Shown here piece after piece: positions 49,871-64,000 of a stretch of 64,000 nt of DNA. The DNA is taken from contig CDLV01000007.1 in NCBI GenBank assembly GCA_001244265.2, positions 2,356,001-2,420,000 on the forward strand, read 5' to 3'. Below the pieces are notes generated by a model that ran no database searches, was not told where the DNA came from, and worked only from the letters and a program-made list of their open reading frames with translations. Within the stretch, counting starts at the first letter, position 1; the number at the start of each line of letters is the position of its first letter. The translations under genes were made by a program, and so were the position numbers. The DNA is from Microbotryum violaceum. Its lineage: Eukaryota.

Positions 49871-51201
49871 TTACAGCTTACCACCGACCAAAGCACCACC
49901 ATCCAAAGCAATTGTCGCACCGTTAACCCAAGCACCCGCAGGACTGCTCAAAAAGATGCACGTCCCCGAAACGTCTTGAGGTGCACCAATTCGACCGAGG
50001 GGAACGCCTGCGACGATGAGGTCGCGGCCGGCTTCGAGCGTCGCGGCCATCACTGAGGTGGAAAGCAAGCATGTGAAGCAGGATCAGTAGGGGTTGATGC
50101 GTAAGGTCGTTGAGATAAGAGAACCTACTCTTGGACTCGAAAGGCCCGCAGGCAATCGTGTTGCTCGTGACTCCCCTTCGACCCAACTGCGCGGCGAACA
50201 CCCTCGAGAGTTGATGCAGAGCCGCCTTTGAACTCGAGTAGGCGTACGTCTCGAGACTGGGGACACGAATACCGTCGACCGAACCGATGTTGATGATGCG
50301 AGCTGGGTTCAAGGATTCGGAAGGAATTATGAGGCAGAACAGGGGACGAATTTCTGGCGAAAACTCACCAGGGTCGTTCCAGGGGCCTTCCTCGGGAGCA
50401 TCCTTGGGTAGACTCGCCAACAGCAAGGGCACGCATTTTTGAGTGAGAGTGAAAACTCGCTTCAGGTTGAGACCCAAGACACGGTCCCAAGCGGCGTCGG
50501 GGTATTCTGAGATATGTCGCAGCTTGCAGATCAGGTTTTCGCTCGGAAAACTTCAAGTGCTCAGTGTCCGATGAGACGAACCTTCGAGGGGAGCACCCCA
50601 GTTGTTGCCTGCGTTATTGACGAGGACGTTGAGATCTGATGACAAATTCGACAATGTGTGAAAGACGTAAAGACCAAGGAGGTCTGAGAGTGAGTATGAA
50701 GGCCGGCTCACGCTTCTCCCGCTTGCTCAGCTCGGCGACGAGAGCTTCTACGCCTTCGTACGAGGCGAGATCCTACTCGAGAATGAACAAAAACACACAC
50801 GTCAGTCTCTGAATAGTACAGTAAGCAGTTCCTGGAATGAGAACAGCACTTGGAACGCACAGCGGGGATCGAATGAGCGGATCCGGGGCCGAGCTTGGTC
50901 AACTCTTGCGCTACAGCGTCGCACGACTTCTTGTCCCTCGACGAGATGTAAACCTTGGCACCGGCAGCGACGTATCCCGTGGTGATCTGTGGTCGTTTTG
51001 ACGAGGTCATAAAGTGGTCGTTCGGGCATGAGCAGTCGATCACAATTGGTGTAGCACTCCACGAGTGCGCTCGAGAATAATCGGCTGTGACTGCTGTGGC
51101 CTGTGGGTCCCGGGGACACTGACCATCTTGCCGATGCCCTTGGCACCACCAGTGACGAGCACAACCTTGCCCTTGACCGAGAATGAGGGAGCGGACGACA
51201 T
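49871..51201 (-). CDS. Short-chain dehydrogenase/reductase (RhlG/FabG-like), C-terminal -GKL
   Basis: VTGGAKGIG, LVNNAGNNWG, IINIGSVDG, catalytic YSSSK, NTIACGPF, NGATIALDGG; multi-exon. Confidence 0.9.
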
Positions 51202-51580
51202 GTTTTGATAGTTGCGTATAGTTCGAGCGCGAGACGGAGCGCGAGACAGAGCACCTGACGCCGCGCGCTCGCTGCTCGCTCTCGTCGGGTGATTCGGCGA
51301 CTCGACGGGCCGAGCTCCGGGTACGAAGCCGGTCTTGGGCCGAACGGACGAGATGGAATGGCAGTGATCTAGGAGAAATTGAAAAAACATCCTTGTGATT
51401 CTATCTTAGTTATGAGTTTCCGCTCGCATAGGGTATCGAACTCACAGAGGCGATGCAGCCGTAAAACAATACAGGGGCTATGGGAGCCTGCGTCTCGCGC
51501 AGACAGAGTTGAATCCATTAGTCCGGCGTGTTCCTTGCCGCTGCCTTGATCCTGACGCTGCCCCAGCTCCGCTCGGCACC

Positions 51581-52507
51581 ATGATTCGTACTGTACCGTT
51601 TACCACGCTCACGAGATTGACGTGTGCAACGACTCGGTCATTCACGAGCTGTACGCGTCCCACTCAACTTGAAGCTGCGCGACCGGATCCCCCACACGCC
51701 GTCGGAGCGCGAAGCAGGGCCCCACACGGCACGCATGATGCAGACAACTACGCGAGCAAGCTTGCACTCGGGGAGGCCTACATGAGGGACAACGGATACG
51801 ACATGGCTTCGTTGATTGAACAGCCGGTGGCAAGTCCCTCCTTGCTGGTATCACGTTCATCTACGGATCATGTCACGACACATGCATGCCAGTCTTGTAA
51901 GACCGCTAGGCTCACGTACCTTCTCTCATTCATCAGGTCTGGGGCGACTGTGATACGTTTCAACACCTAAACAACGTTATGTACATCCGATACTACGAGA
52001 CGGGCCGCATCCGGCTTATGCAGACCTTGCTGGCCGACCTCGGTCCGGGCGCCGAAGGACCGCTGCTCAAGGCCAAACCGGGTGGTGTCGGCAATATCCT
52101 CTGCAGCATTTCCGCCCGTTTCCGCGTCAGTATCCAGTCCTGAAAGTCACTTCATTTTTGGACCAAAAGTGGTAAAACTGATCGTAACGTCTGCCTCACT
52201 CGACTCGAATTCGCCACACAGCGCCCTGTCAACTTCCCGGATACGCTCTTGGTTGGCCATCGCGTCACCAAGATTGAGAAGGATCGGTATTCACTCGACC
52301 ATGTCTGCTGGAGCTTTCAACAAACAACGGCAGCCAACCTCGGAGAATGTGTTATGGTTTGCTACGACTATGGGAACCTCAAGGTAAGGTCAAGATCGAA
52401 ACTGTCGTTGGAAGGAGAAACCGTTGACGAAGCCAACTCTCTCCGCCTGACAGAAAATGGACATGACAGAAGAGTTTGAAGCTGCCCTGAGAAAACGCAT
52501 ACCGTGA
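51581..52507 (+). CDS. Hotdog-fold acyl-CoA thioesterase (4HBT-like) with mitochondrial-type presequence
   Basis: MIRTVPFTTLTRLTCATTRSF presequence; WGDCDTFQHLNNVMYIRYYETGR; F|RPVNFPDTL; VCYDYGNLK. Confidence 0.85.
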
Positions 52508-52543
52508 AATACAAAACATCAAGGTTGTACATTGAACTTCTTT

Positions 52544-54116
52544 TCAAGCCACGACCTCCATCTCGTCTTCATCTTCGTCATCTTCGTCAGGGTCGTCCTC
52601 CGCCTTCCTTACATCTGTTGTCGAGCTTCCCTCTACCCCCTCCCCATTCTTAGCCACATGCGCTTCATCCTTCCCTTCAGGCTTAGCATTCTCGTCCCTA
52701 TTGCCGCTCTTGAACTGCTCTTTAAGCGTCCACATCCCAACATAAGGACCCCTCGGCACCAACGTCCCAACCTCGCCCAACACCTCCTTCAAGAACGTCG
52801 CCGGCTGCTTGACGTGCTCGTTCAACAGCTTGAGGTTCCAGTACGGCGCTTGGTCAAAGTGTTGGAAGAGGAGATCGAGTAGTTCGTTGCGAGGCATGCG
52901 CACCATGCGACCATTGGGCCCGGCGCCACTGCCTGCCGCCGCTTTGGCGGTTTTCTAGCCACGCAACGATGACCGCACGAGGATCAGAAAGTTGTCCACT
53001 ACAGAAAGACATATTTCAATAACTTTGAGAAAACTCACAACCATACTGGCCACACGATGCTTCACACCCGACATGCCTACACCCGAAGCCAGTCGATTCG
53101 CCGTCGCGTTGTCGACGTCCAACATCTTGATCGTGCGTTTGGGGTCGGTGGCGAGGCGTTGCCGTTCGCGCATGATGGTCCGGTACGAGTCCGAGGCCGA
53201 GATGGACGACAGTGAAGGTGTGAGCTGGCATTCGTGTTGGATCGTGCCCGCCAACGAGGTGATCCCTGGCGACCGTAGTGTCGGATGAGCATCGTACTTT
53301 GTCCAAGATATTGCCAGGACATCCTCTCTCGACTCACGCCTCTTTTTCCTGAAGCCCACATCGCCCGTCGACTCGTCCTCTTCTTCCTTCTCGCCAAAAA
53401 TAAACAGATTCTTACTACTCGTGTTCTGTAACCGAAGGTGGTACTCTGTCGGTACGGTGCCGTTCCGTCGTCCGATCGGTCCTTTGCCTTTGATGTCCCG
53501 ACTTGGTGCGGGTGCGGCTGCGGGTGCGGTTGCGGTTGCTGAAGGAGCCGAGCTTTCGTCTTGTTCGAGGAGGACGGCAATTTTTGGATCTCCATTGGCA
53601 TCTTTTCTGTGCAATTGAGAGTGGGATCGCAATCGTAGAGTGTGGATGAGCCTCAGAGCCCAGCCCGGTGTGTTCGAGGTGGTGGGGGGTCACGCGAGAG
53701 ACGGAGCAGAGCAACTGACTCGTCATAGACCCTCACCCGTCCCAACACGACGCCCTCTTGTTGTACCTGCTCCCACTTGTCCAACAAGAACTTTGGAACC
53801 TGGCGAGCGACGGGTGATAGACCAGGGTCTGGGTCAGCTCTGTTCTGGCTCGCTGACTCGAGTCTGCTGGCACGAGGGACACCAGTGTATATAAACCCAA
53901 GTCGAGCATCCTGGGCCGCTCACTGAGCTCAAAAGCATCTTCTTATTCCAGTGCACTGACCTTGCACAACCACACGCTCCTTTGGCTCTGCTTGAGGTCC
54001 AAGTCATCCTCCTCGTCCGCGCCCTCATCGTCGAGGTTCGAGTCCGGGTCCGCGAGGTCGATCGAGCCATGTTCGGCTTCGAACTCGGCGGGAAGTGCAT
54101 TCATCGGGATCGACAT
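52544..54116 (-). CDS. TFG2: Transcription factor IIF beta subunit (Tfg2/RAP30)
   Basis: VWLCK|VPKFLLDKW, LAGTIQHECQLTP, C-terminal winged helix RMPRNELLDLLFQHFDQAPYWNLKLL..VKQPATFLKEVL. Confidence 0.92.
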
Positions 54117-54640
54117 GGTGGACACTAAGGAGTGGCCGACTGTGTCTGTGCGCGTAGGGATAGGCAGTGAGACGCAAGAGTAAGAGAGCGAGTGATGCAG
54201 TGCTCGTGTCGCCAGCGGGGTGGGGGGAGCGTCATGCGGGATAAACTCCCTCGTTCATCTTAACTTTACGAGAAGAAAATGCTTAACCGAGATAAGGAAA
54301 TGTAGTGAGACAAGTAGGACATTTGATTTATTCAACACAAAGAACTAGGCAAGAGGAGCAAAGGGGGAAAAAGAGCCCTCGGCAACGAACAAGACCTTAT
54401 CTTCCAGCCGAGAAAAAGCAGACCCCCAAAAGGGCACTTATGTAGAGTAGAATACGCCAGCAAGGAGATAAAGACGATGATAAAAGCAGCCGTTTCATGG
54501 GAAATATTAGAGAGCAGATCCTACATGTAAGATGGAGGACAGTCGAAACGAAGCAGGAAATGAGGAATGTAGCGGAAAAGGCTTTCGGCGAACTAGCTCT
54601 TGGGAGTAGGGTGAATACGCTGCAAAGAGGCGTAACTCCG

Positions 54641-57600
54641 TCAGTAATACAGTTCTTGCTCGAGAACGCCACATTGAGGCAGGGAACTCACTGTACTCGG
54701 GGAAAGGGTCGACCGACCGACCGCATTGACGATCGCTGGTAGTTTCAGGTGCGGCAGAGGGGTCGAGCTTCTCGACTGGATTGCCGGTGTTCCAGGGACG
54801 GATCGGTTCAATGCCAAATGCGACTTGACGAGCGAACCCGCAGCTAAAGCGGCCATGAGCGAGATTTCTCCTGCGAGCACCGAGGCGCAGATGATCCGCG
54901 CCAGTCGCTGCGCGTTCTCGCCTGGATTTGTCGGGTGCGGCCCTCGCACGCCGAGCAGGTCCAACATCGCGCCCTGCGGTAACAAGACTGTTTACGAATC
55001 CAGTGTCGAATCAAAACTCCGAACCGGAATAAGTCGAGAAGAAAAGCACTTTGCAACTCACTTGTTCCGCCTCCAACGGTGCCGACCTCGATCGACGGCA
55101 TACTGCACGAAACCAAGAGATCCTCGCCATCGTTGATCGCCTCCATCAACGTCATGCAGTTCGAACTCTCCACGTTTTGCGCCGGGTCTTGCCCTGTGGC
55201 GAGGTAAATCGCCGTCAAGATGTTGGCCGCATGGGCGTTGTTGCCACCGATCGAACCGGCCATCGCACTGCCGATCAAGTTCTTGGTGATGTTGAGCGAG
55301 ACGAGGTCCTTGACGGTCGTCTTGAGGATCGACTTGACCGCCTCTCCAGGAATGATACCCTCGGCCACGACGGACTTGCCTCGGCCCTCGATCCAGTTGA
55401 TCGCAGCGGGCTTCTTGTCTGTGCAGTAGTTGCCCGACAAGGAAGCGATGCGCATTTCGGGGAAGTAGTTGGTCTGCATCGTGTCGAGTGCTCGTTCTGT
55501 CCCCTTGGAGATCATGTTCATGCCCATCGCGTCACCCGTCTGCGTTGCGAAACGAACGAAAAGCGTTCGCCCTGCCATCGCCGTCTTGAGCGAGATGAGT
55601 CGCGCGAAGCGCGACGTGGAGTTGAACGAAGACTTCATGATTTTGGACCCCTCGTCCGAGTCGATCCAGAGCTTGGCAGAGGCGCACATCGTCACGGAGG
55701 GGAACGTCAATGCCGGACCACGGGTCATCGCGTCTTGTGTAACGACTGTCGTGACACCACCATTGACGTTCAAGGCTTTGCATCCACGAGAGGTCGAGGC
55801 AACGAGTGCACCCTCAGTGGTGGCCATGGGGATAGGAATGGCTACACCATCAACTCGTAGAGGACCTGCGATACCGACAGGGATCGGCATGAAACCGACC
55901 ACGTTCTCACAGCATTGCCCCATGACTCGAGAGTAGTCAAAATTGGTATAAGGCAGATCGGAGCTTTCGAGCGTCTTGCGAGCCGAAGCGCGAGAGATGA
56001 GAGCTCGACGGATGGCGACCGAGCGCTCGTAGTCCTTGAGCAGCTTCTCCAACGCGTAGGCGGCCACTTTGCCTTTTTGGACGAGCATAATGATTTCCTC
56101 GTCGTTGAGCAGCAGTGCGCCGGCTCCGTTGTCAAAGATTTTGGCGCATGTCTCGAGGTCACGAGGTGTGTCGGGGACCGAGCCTTGCTTGACGAGAGCA
56201 ACAGTCGAAGGCGACAGGCGGATTGTGCGGGTCGAGCCGTTGTCAGAGGGAGCAGTAAGCGATACACCAGAGTTATCCGCCGAGACCGATGTCGTGCCGT
56301 TCTCGACCACAGCGGCAGCGTTAATTGAGCTCTTGGGTGTTTTGCGGCTCTTGGTCATCACAAAAATGGGCGAAGGAGGGGGAGAGCCTTCGGAGCTGTC
56401 TGAACTGTCGAGATCGCCCTTGGCCTTCTTGGACGACACTTTGACGACTGAAGGCGGCGCCTGCTCAGCCTGGGCCTTGGCGTATTGCTCGGATCGAACA
56501 TGCTGGCGGGTCATGGCAGCGGCGTCGGTCGGGGTCCACTCGTTCTGCAGCTCGACCGCAAGTTGGCTGATGCTGCGTCGTAGCTTGGCTTCGGTCGTGC
56601 TCATCGATCCCGAATCGTCTTCATCGATGGCACTGCCGCTCACACCGGCTAACAGAATGCGGGCCGCTGCTTCGGCAGCGGAGCCAGAAGCGAAGCCGCT
56701 ATTGGAGCCGCTCGCAATGCCCTTGAGGAGGTAACCATTGAGGAAGACGGAGATACCGAGGGCAATGACGATCCATTTCGAGAGAATGGGGTCTCCGACG
56801 AGCTTGGTCCAACGAGACATGAACTTGTCAAAGCTAGCGAGATGGCCCGTGACGGTGGCGTCGACAGGTTTCGATGATTTGGCAGCTGTTGCAGAGGGAT
56901 CGATCGCTCGGTACTGGAGAGGAGGTGCAAGGTGGACGAGCAAAGCCGTCTGGCGGTCGTGGGCATTGACGAGCTGGGCGAGGGCCGCACTGAGCGAAGG
57001 CGAGCTCGTGTCGACGGCAAGAGCCACGCTAGGAAGCGAGTTGTTGTCGGTGTGGCGCTTGAAGGCGGTCTGGGTTGTGAGGGTCGTGACCAGGTTCAGC
57101 GAGTGAAGGATGAGGAAGGCGGCGATGAGCAAAACCTTCAGTCGGGCAGTCGGGCTGTTGGCGTTCGCCTTGTGGCCAGGTGCAGTGCCGGTTGCGAGCT
57201 TGACGACCCTATCGCGGAGCGTAAGTTGTACCGTGGGTTCATCGTCTTCGGATCCCGAGCCTGGCGTATCCTCTTCCAGACCAGTCGTCGGGTCGTCGAG
57301 CAAGCGAGCCAGATCAGCCGATGAGTCCGTCCTTTGCAGCAGGCGCATGACCTTGATGCGGTGCACCTCGACCATGATGGTGAGGATGGCGACGTAGAAG
57401 CCCACGAGCATGATGCAATCAAAGACGAGGATCAAGGCGGCAAGTTGACAGAATTCTTTGAGACCAGCGACTCCGCTCATGGCGCCAATGACGAGCACGG
57501 CGCACTCGATCGCATAATCCCGGACAATCGCGATGCCGTGCTTCGACACAGCCGCAAGGACAATTTCACGAGCAGGGATCGGAGGGGCGAATCGAAAGCC

Positions 57601-59547
57601 AAAGCGAGAGGCCCCGTTCAAGCTGTTCGAAGAAGACGAATCGCGAACGTGCGAGGCCCCAAGAGAGTCGGAAGACGGTGAGACACTGCCTCGGGCACTC
57701 CCAGAGAAGCCGGCCCCGGGCCCGATTGCGGGATTCGAGAAGATAGCGCGAGTGAGTACGAATGGTTTCTCGAATCCAACGGTGATGACGAGGAAAGGCA
57801 AAGCTTCGCCTAGCAGCACGGGGTTGACGGTGATCTCGAGATAAGAAGCGAGCAGAAGGGAGAACATGAAGGCGAGGCACGACGAGACGAGGGCGCAGCT
57901 GGCGAGCCACATTCCCAGGGATCGAGATTGAGGTCGGAGCGATAGCGTCAATCGACGCATGTTCAGGAAGAGCGACACGAAGGTCGAGTGCATCAGTAGG
58001 TAAGCGACGAGCATGACGAAGATGTCGGCCGAGTCCGCTTTCTGCCCGCGGGTCAAGCAAGTCAGGGCAAGGTCAGCTCAGGTCCCGAATACACCAGGAA
58101 GGAGTAGGAGCACAGCATGATTGAAAGTACCTTGGCGAGACCATAGAAACGCATGACGAATGCTCGGACAGCGAAAATCATCCACTTGACGCTCTGCATC
58201 TCCTCGAGGCTGCGTTCGCTTCTCTCCTCGACGAGCAGCTCTTCGGGCTGGGCACTATCGTCCTTGGACCCGCCGCGACTGAGGAAGCTGGTATAGGTGC
58301 GAGCCTTGCGCGTCTTGCGGGCTTTGACATCGAGTGTCGGCGACGACAAGGGCAGTTTGACAAAGTTCAGCGAAAAGTCTCGCGACGCGGCGGCCGAGGC
58401 AAAGGCGAGGGTTCTGGCGGTACGATTCAGGCTGGGTTGAGTCTCGACCATCCAGCAGTCCCCATTCCCAATCTTGTAGCAGTCGACGCCTTCCAGGGCG
58501 ACGCGGGTGGCGTTGTCGAGCGTGTCCTTGACCTCGGTCGAGCGGACGATGTCCAAACCCAACGGGACCTCGACGACGAGTTGCTTGAGATAGAGCTCGA
58601 CAGACCCAACGGGAGCGGCCGAGTTTGCGATTGAGGGTGACCAGAGGTGCGATGCCGGGTCATAGGAGATTGTCGGGTATTGATTGTCGCCAAGGGGTCG
58701 GTCGAACTCATCATTGAGGAAGTCGGACGTGCGAACGACCTGGGCAGGGGGAAAATGGGAAGGATCCAGAGACACCCATGGGTTGTCAGCGCTTGAGCTC
58801 GAGAGAAGATGTGCAAGCTTTCGGAACGAGTTGAGGCCGGTCTAGGAGAGTGTGGCATCTGCAGTGGGAGCTGGGAGCATCTCACCCTCCCGCGGAGCGA
58901 TCGACGCGACGGGTCCAGACGAGAAAGATCTCGGACGAGCAAAAAAAACCCATGAGGCAAGGCACATCAGAGGCGACCGATGTACGCTCAACCTTGAGGC
59001 AGCGCTTCGATCATCGATCCTGAGCTTGTGAGCTCGAGATGCGCGTTCATACATGGTGCACGGGCCCTCGACGAGAAAATGGACCCAACCGTGTCGCGTC
59101 AAGGCGGGACGACCCGCGCAGCTTGACGCGGTCAGCTCAGGTCCGACACAGCTGTCGAGCTCATTCCGGGGGACGAGGATACCAAGAGCAGGTGCTGACA
59201 TGTTTGACACTCAACAAGCTCGCCTGTGCGGCGTGTAGTCGAGGTATCGCGCCCGCATCCGCACTGCGAGGCGGATCGATCCGCTAGCGATCGATGTCTC
59301 GCATGGCCCCAGCGCACGATCAGTCGTGCCTCGCAGGGACAGGCGACCAAGAGTTTGCGACGGGTGATACGCATAATGGGAACTTCAAGTGAGGCAGACC
59401 CACCTTTAGAAGCTGAAAGTAGACGAGCGTGACGGCGCAGAAGACGGTGACGATCACCTCGATCGGAAACGTCGCACCCAGTCGTGCAAGTCGGAGCAAC
59501 GGCGGGCGCAGCGACGAGAACGACGACGGCGAAGTAGCAAAGACCAT
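54641..59547 (-). CDS. HMG1: HMG-CoA reductase (class I, with sterol-sensing membrane domain)
   Basis: N-terminal [26 protein letters not shown]; catalytic [92 protein letters not shown]. Confidence 0.97.
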
Positions 59548-60776
59548 GATGATGACCGCCGCCGAAACGAGACCACGATCAGGCCAAAGAAATCAACGTG
59601 TGCAATTCTGTTGAAGAGGGAGCGGTCCGAAACAACCAGGGTGGTGGGGGAGATGGGGTGGAGCAGAGATGACCCAAAGAAGTCGCGACGGCAGCAGATC
59701 AGCTGAGCGTCCGAGCTCGTCCTCAAGCAGGTCCAAGCCAGCGATCGAACCACGCTGCGCGCGCCTTCTCAACGTCGACCCGGCAGTACGTCGGCCCACT
59801 CTAAACTCTGCCGGCTCTGCCAGCTGACGACTTTACAAAGAATGCAGTGAACATCGATCCGAGCTCTCAGACGAGGTTCACCTGCAAAAATTCCTGAAAG
59901 GAGGCAGCGAAAAATGGCAAGCTGTTGATTACACCCTACAATTTCGGTTGAACGGGTGGTAAGCGAACCATCGAGTCGAAAGTCTAAGCGCTGTGCGAAG
60001 AGATCGGGCGGTGAAGATCAGCCGAAGCGGACGGGTCTCCGCTAAAGGGGGTTGGCGATTACCATCTCCCGGCGCGCGCCGAATCTCGCTCGAAAAGGTC
60101 CTACAAAAAATGGTCTAACGGTCCTCAGCATAGCTCTGACTGACAGCTTTACCCGTCGAAAATATCCATAAATACTTTAAAGGCGCTGACCGATTCAAAG
60201 CCTTGCGCTATGTCACCTCCGACGAGACGCATCGACTTGCGTTTGGGTCGAGGAAGGCTCAACCTGTTGGGCTTCCCTGACCGTAAGCGACACGACGAAT
60301 AGAAGTCGTAGCTCTTTAGGTTATGGATAACAAGTCTTGAGTGATTGAAAGCTGTGTCGACGCGTGCCTGCGCCCTTTAAATGTTATCGCACTGGACCAC
60401 CGATGAAACTACCGAGCTCGCCTCAGCGCCGGCCTACGCCTGGCAGCGTGAGCGCACGGCCGGCCTCGCGCCTCGAGCAGGCCTTGCCGGCTTCGATCCT
60501 ACGTGCGCGACCGACTAGACGGTTTGCTCGCGCGCTGCCCTCCCATCGACTTTCGACATCGCTGCTCAGCTCTCGAAACTGGAAGAACTGCCGCCGCTGA
60601 CTTGCCTCGAGTTAGGTGCCACCCCCGAATGGCGTCAAACAGGGCTTACGAACGCTCAAAGCGTTCAAAACCAGTCACGGCTGTGTGCCCGATTTTTTCT
60701 TCGCTCTGCCACCACGTTCACCCTCGCTGTCTCCGCCTGTACGACTCTTTCCTTCCTCCCCCTCACATCCCTCACC

Positions 60777-61813
<1,037 letters not shown>

Positions 61814-62198
61814 AGTTTCTCTCGGTTTCGACCAAGCTGCCTGGCTTGGTCGTCTCTTCTCGCCTTTTCTGTTCATTCGTTCCGTAGTTGTTTTAATAGC
61901 ACATCATCATCATCATTTTTTCTCCCTGCTGGCAACGTAGACACTATTGTCGCATTGGGCTGAATCCTCGAGACCCCGAAACCACCAGGATTTGTTCCTT
62001 CTAGAAAGACATGAAAAGTCACGAATAAACAATGCGTAGTGTCCGTGAGAGATTGATGCACTTGAAGGTCCAACAGGTTGCAAGAGCGGCCAACACAATC
62101 GCGGCGATGACGTTCCGTCGACCACACGTAACTCCTCCCATTGCCAGAACTCACATGCTGAGCCTGCCCAATCGACTCGATCCCTCACCGCTCGCAGG

Positions 62199-64000
62199 AT
62201 GCAGGGCGTCGCCATCCTGGCTGGAAGGTGAATTCAGATTCTGGAGTGTGATTGATAGTTTTTGTGATGCTGACCACCTCTGACTAACTCCTTGTACGTG
62301 CTGCCTGCCGCTTCTCAGCCGTCGGGTGCTGTCGACTCAATTCACCACCTCACCGCTTCGAGCCGCTCTCGCGATCAATGCCGCTCTAGCCAGCACCGAT
62401 TCGGTCGTTTGGGTGCCCAATCTCAACCCCGGTGTATCCTTGAGGCTCTCGGGGAGGACACGCGGCGACGAGGCCGAGTCCGACGATGACGACGATCAGG
62501 TCGAGAATAGTGCCGAAGACGATGAAGGTATCGAGGTGCAGCCTTGGGCGAGTACGTCCAAGCGACAGGCCACAATGGGTAGATCGGTCGTCTGCCAGAT
62601 CGAGAGGAACGGTCTAAGATACATCGCTCCGATATCGAGGGAAGGTGAGTCCACTTCAGTCGTTTCGCGCCCGTGCATGAATCATCGCTCAGTCTCGCTT
62701 CACCCTGGAATCTCTCAGTCGACCCCATCATTCCACTGCATTTCCTTCACCAACTCCACGAGGTTTTGGAGAACTACATCGGCGGTGCGGTGACAGAGGC
62801 CAGCCTCAAAGTGAGTCGAATATCGCCGAGCCAGGGCAGTGCCGAGCTCATCACTCTCCTTCCCCACCCAGGATCACTTCGACATCGTGTTGGCTCTGCT
62901 CGAAGAGATGCTCACTGCAGAACGTCCTCAGCTGACCGAGGCTGCCCAGCTGCGCGAACTCGTCGTCCCACCTTCACAACTGCTCGCCAAGGTCGCTTCG
63001 ACCGCAGCGAACGTCGCCGGCTTAACCGTGGCGACACAATCTTCCGCCAACGCGTTGCTCGCTTCACCGCTTCCTTGGCGGAGAACTGGGATCAAGTACT
63101 CTTCAAATGAGATATGTGCGTAACTCAGGTCTAACGGCGCGTCAACGAGTGTCGCGATGGCAGGATTTAATTTGGTTCCGTCCCATGCGCAGATTTCGAC
63201 GTGACCGAGGCGCTCGACTTTGTGCTCGACAAATCGGGCAAGATCGTTTCCGGTGGCATCACGGGGAATGTCGCATGTCGTTCCCGACTATCGGGCATGC
63301 CCGACTTGGTGCTATCGTTCACAGACCCGAGTCACATCGAAGACGCTGCTTTCCATCCGAGTGTTCGGTACGGTCGGTGGACGAAAGACAAGGTCGTCTC
63401 ATTCGTACCTCGTAAGTAGTCACAACTATTTCTTGGGATCATGACGTGTTGTACTGAGGCTATCTATTTTGTTTTCCGCCATCGTAGCCGACGGCGTCAT
63501 TTCGCTCATGACTTTCCGGGTCGGTTCACCCGTCCCCAAATCGAGCCTCACCTCCTCAGCAGCATCATCCCTAGCCATCCTCCCCATCCAAATCACCTCT
63601 TCGGTGACCCATGGATCTCAAGGAGGCGCGTTTACCATCTCCTTGACCTCACGTGCCGCGGCGAATCGGCCACTCACGCGCCTGGTCGTTCGAGTCCCTC
63701 TGGGCAAGGGAGCGAATGGGCTGACGGCCAACGTCACTGGCGGACCATTCCACCGTGACTCGAATGGAAATATTGAAGGTGGTGGAGCGGGGAGATGGGA
63801 TGTGGTTAACTTGCCGAATGGAGAGGGTTCGGTATTGGTGTGGACCGTCGATGAATTGGCGGCGACGGATCGGGCGGCGGTCTTGCAGGGGCAATATATG
63901 AGGTAAGTTCTCGCCATTTGTCCGCTATCGATCCAAATCAACTACACTTTGCTCACATGACTCTGTCACTCTTGCTCGTGTAGCCCGAGTGAATCAAGAG
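62199..64000 (+). CDS. APM3: Adaptor complex medium (mu) subunit, most likely AP-3 mu (runs off the right edge)
   Basis: HFDIVLALLEEML, PWRRTGIKYSSNEIY|FDVTEALD, CRSRLSGMPDL, AAFHPSVRYGRWTKDKVVSFVP|PDG are mu-adaptin motifs of the AP-3 type. Confidence 0.85.

Overview
Eukaryotic, intron-rich, gene-dense fungal DNA. Donors are GTGAGT/GTAAGT/GTGCGY, branch sites CTGAC/CTAAC, acceptors YAG. The style suggests a basidiomycete, probably Pucciniomycotina/Microbotryomycetes (inference). About 22 spliced genes could be reconstructed by hand: GIT1-like MFS permease (partial), IKS1-like kinase, COP9 subunits CSN3 and CSN5, a GPI-type CFEM protein, a TDA11/DUF4048-like protein, a La-motif protein, EFM5, two NTF2/SnoaL-like paralogues, a small secreted 8-Cys protein, MSS116, clathrin heavy chain, a PA-domain subtilisin, a Cid1-family nucleotidyltransferase, an F-box-like protein, an SDR, a hotdog thioesterase, TFG2, HMG1, histone H3 and AP-3 mu (partial). 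No rRNA, tRNA, CRISPR or intact transposon was seen. Most notable: (1) a heavily spliced gene at 20.3-23.7 kb with the architecture of a Red1/Rec10/SYCP2-type meiotic axis protein; (2) an inverted duplication of a coding fragment (~190-bp arms) at 38.2-38.6 kb; (3) a polarised 14-bp minisatellite inside a GIT1 intron next to an 11-nt micro-exon; (4) a Cid1-family enzyme with Arg at the nucleotide-selectivity position; (5) an effector-like small secreted protein. All identifications come from manual translation and motif recognition; no database search was run.
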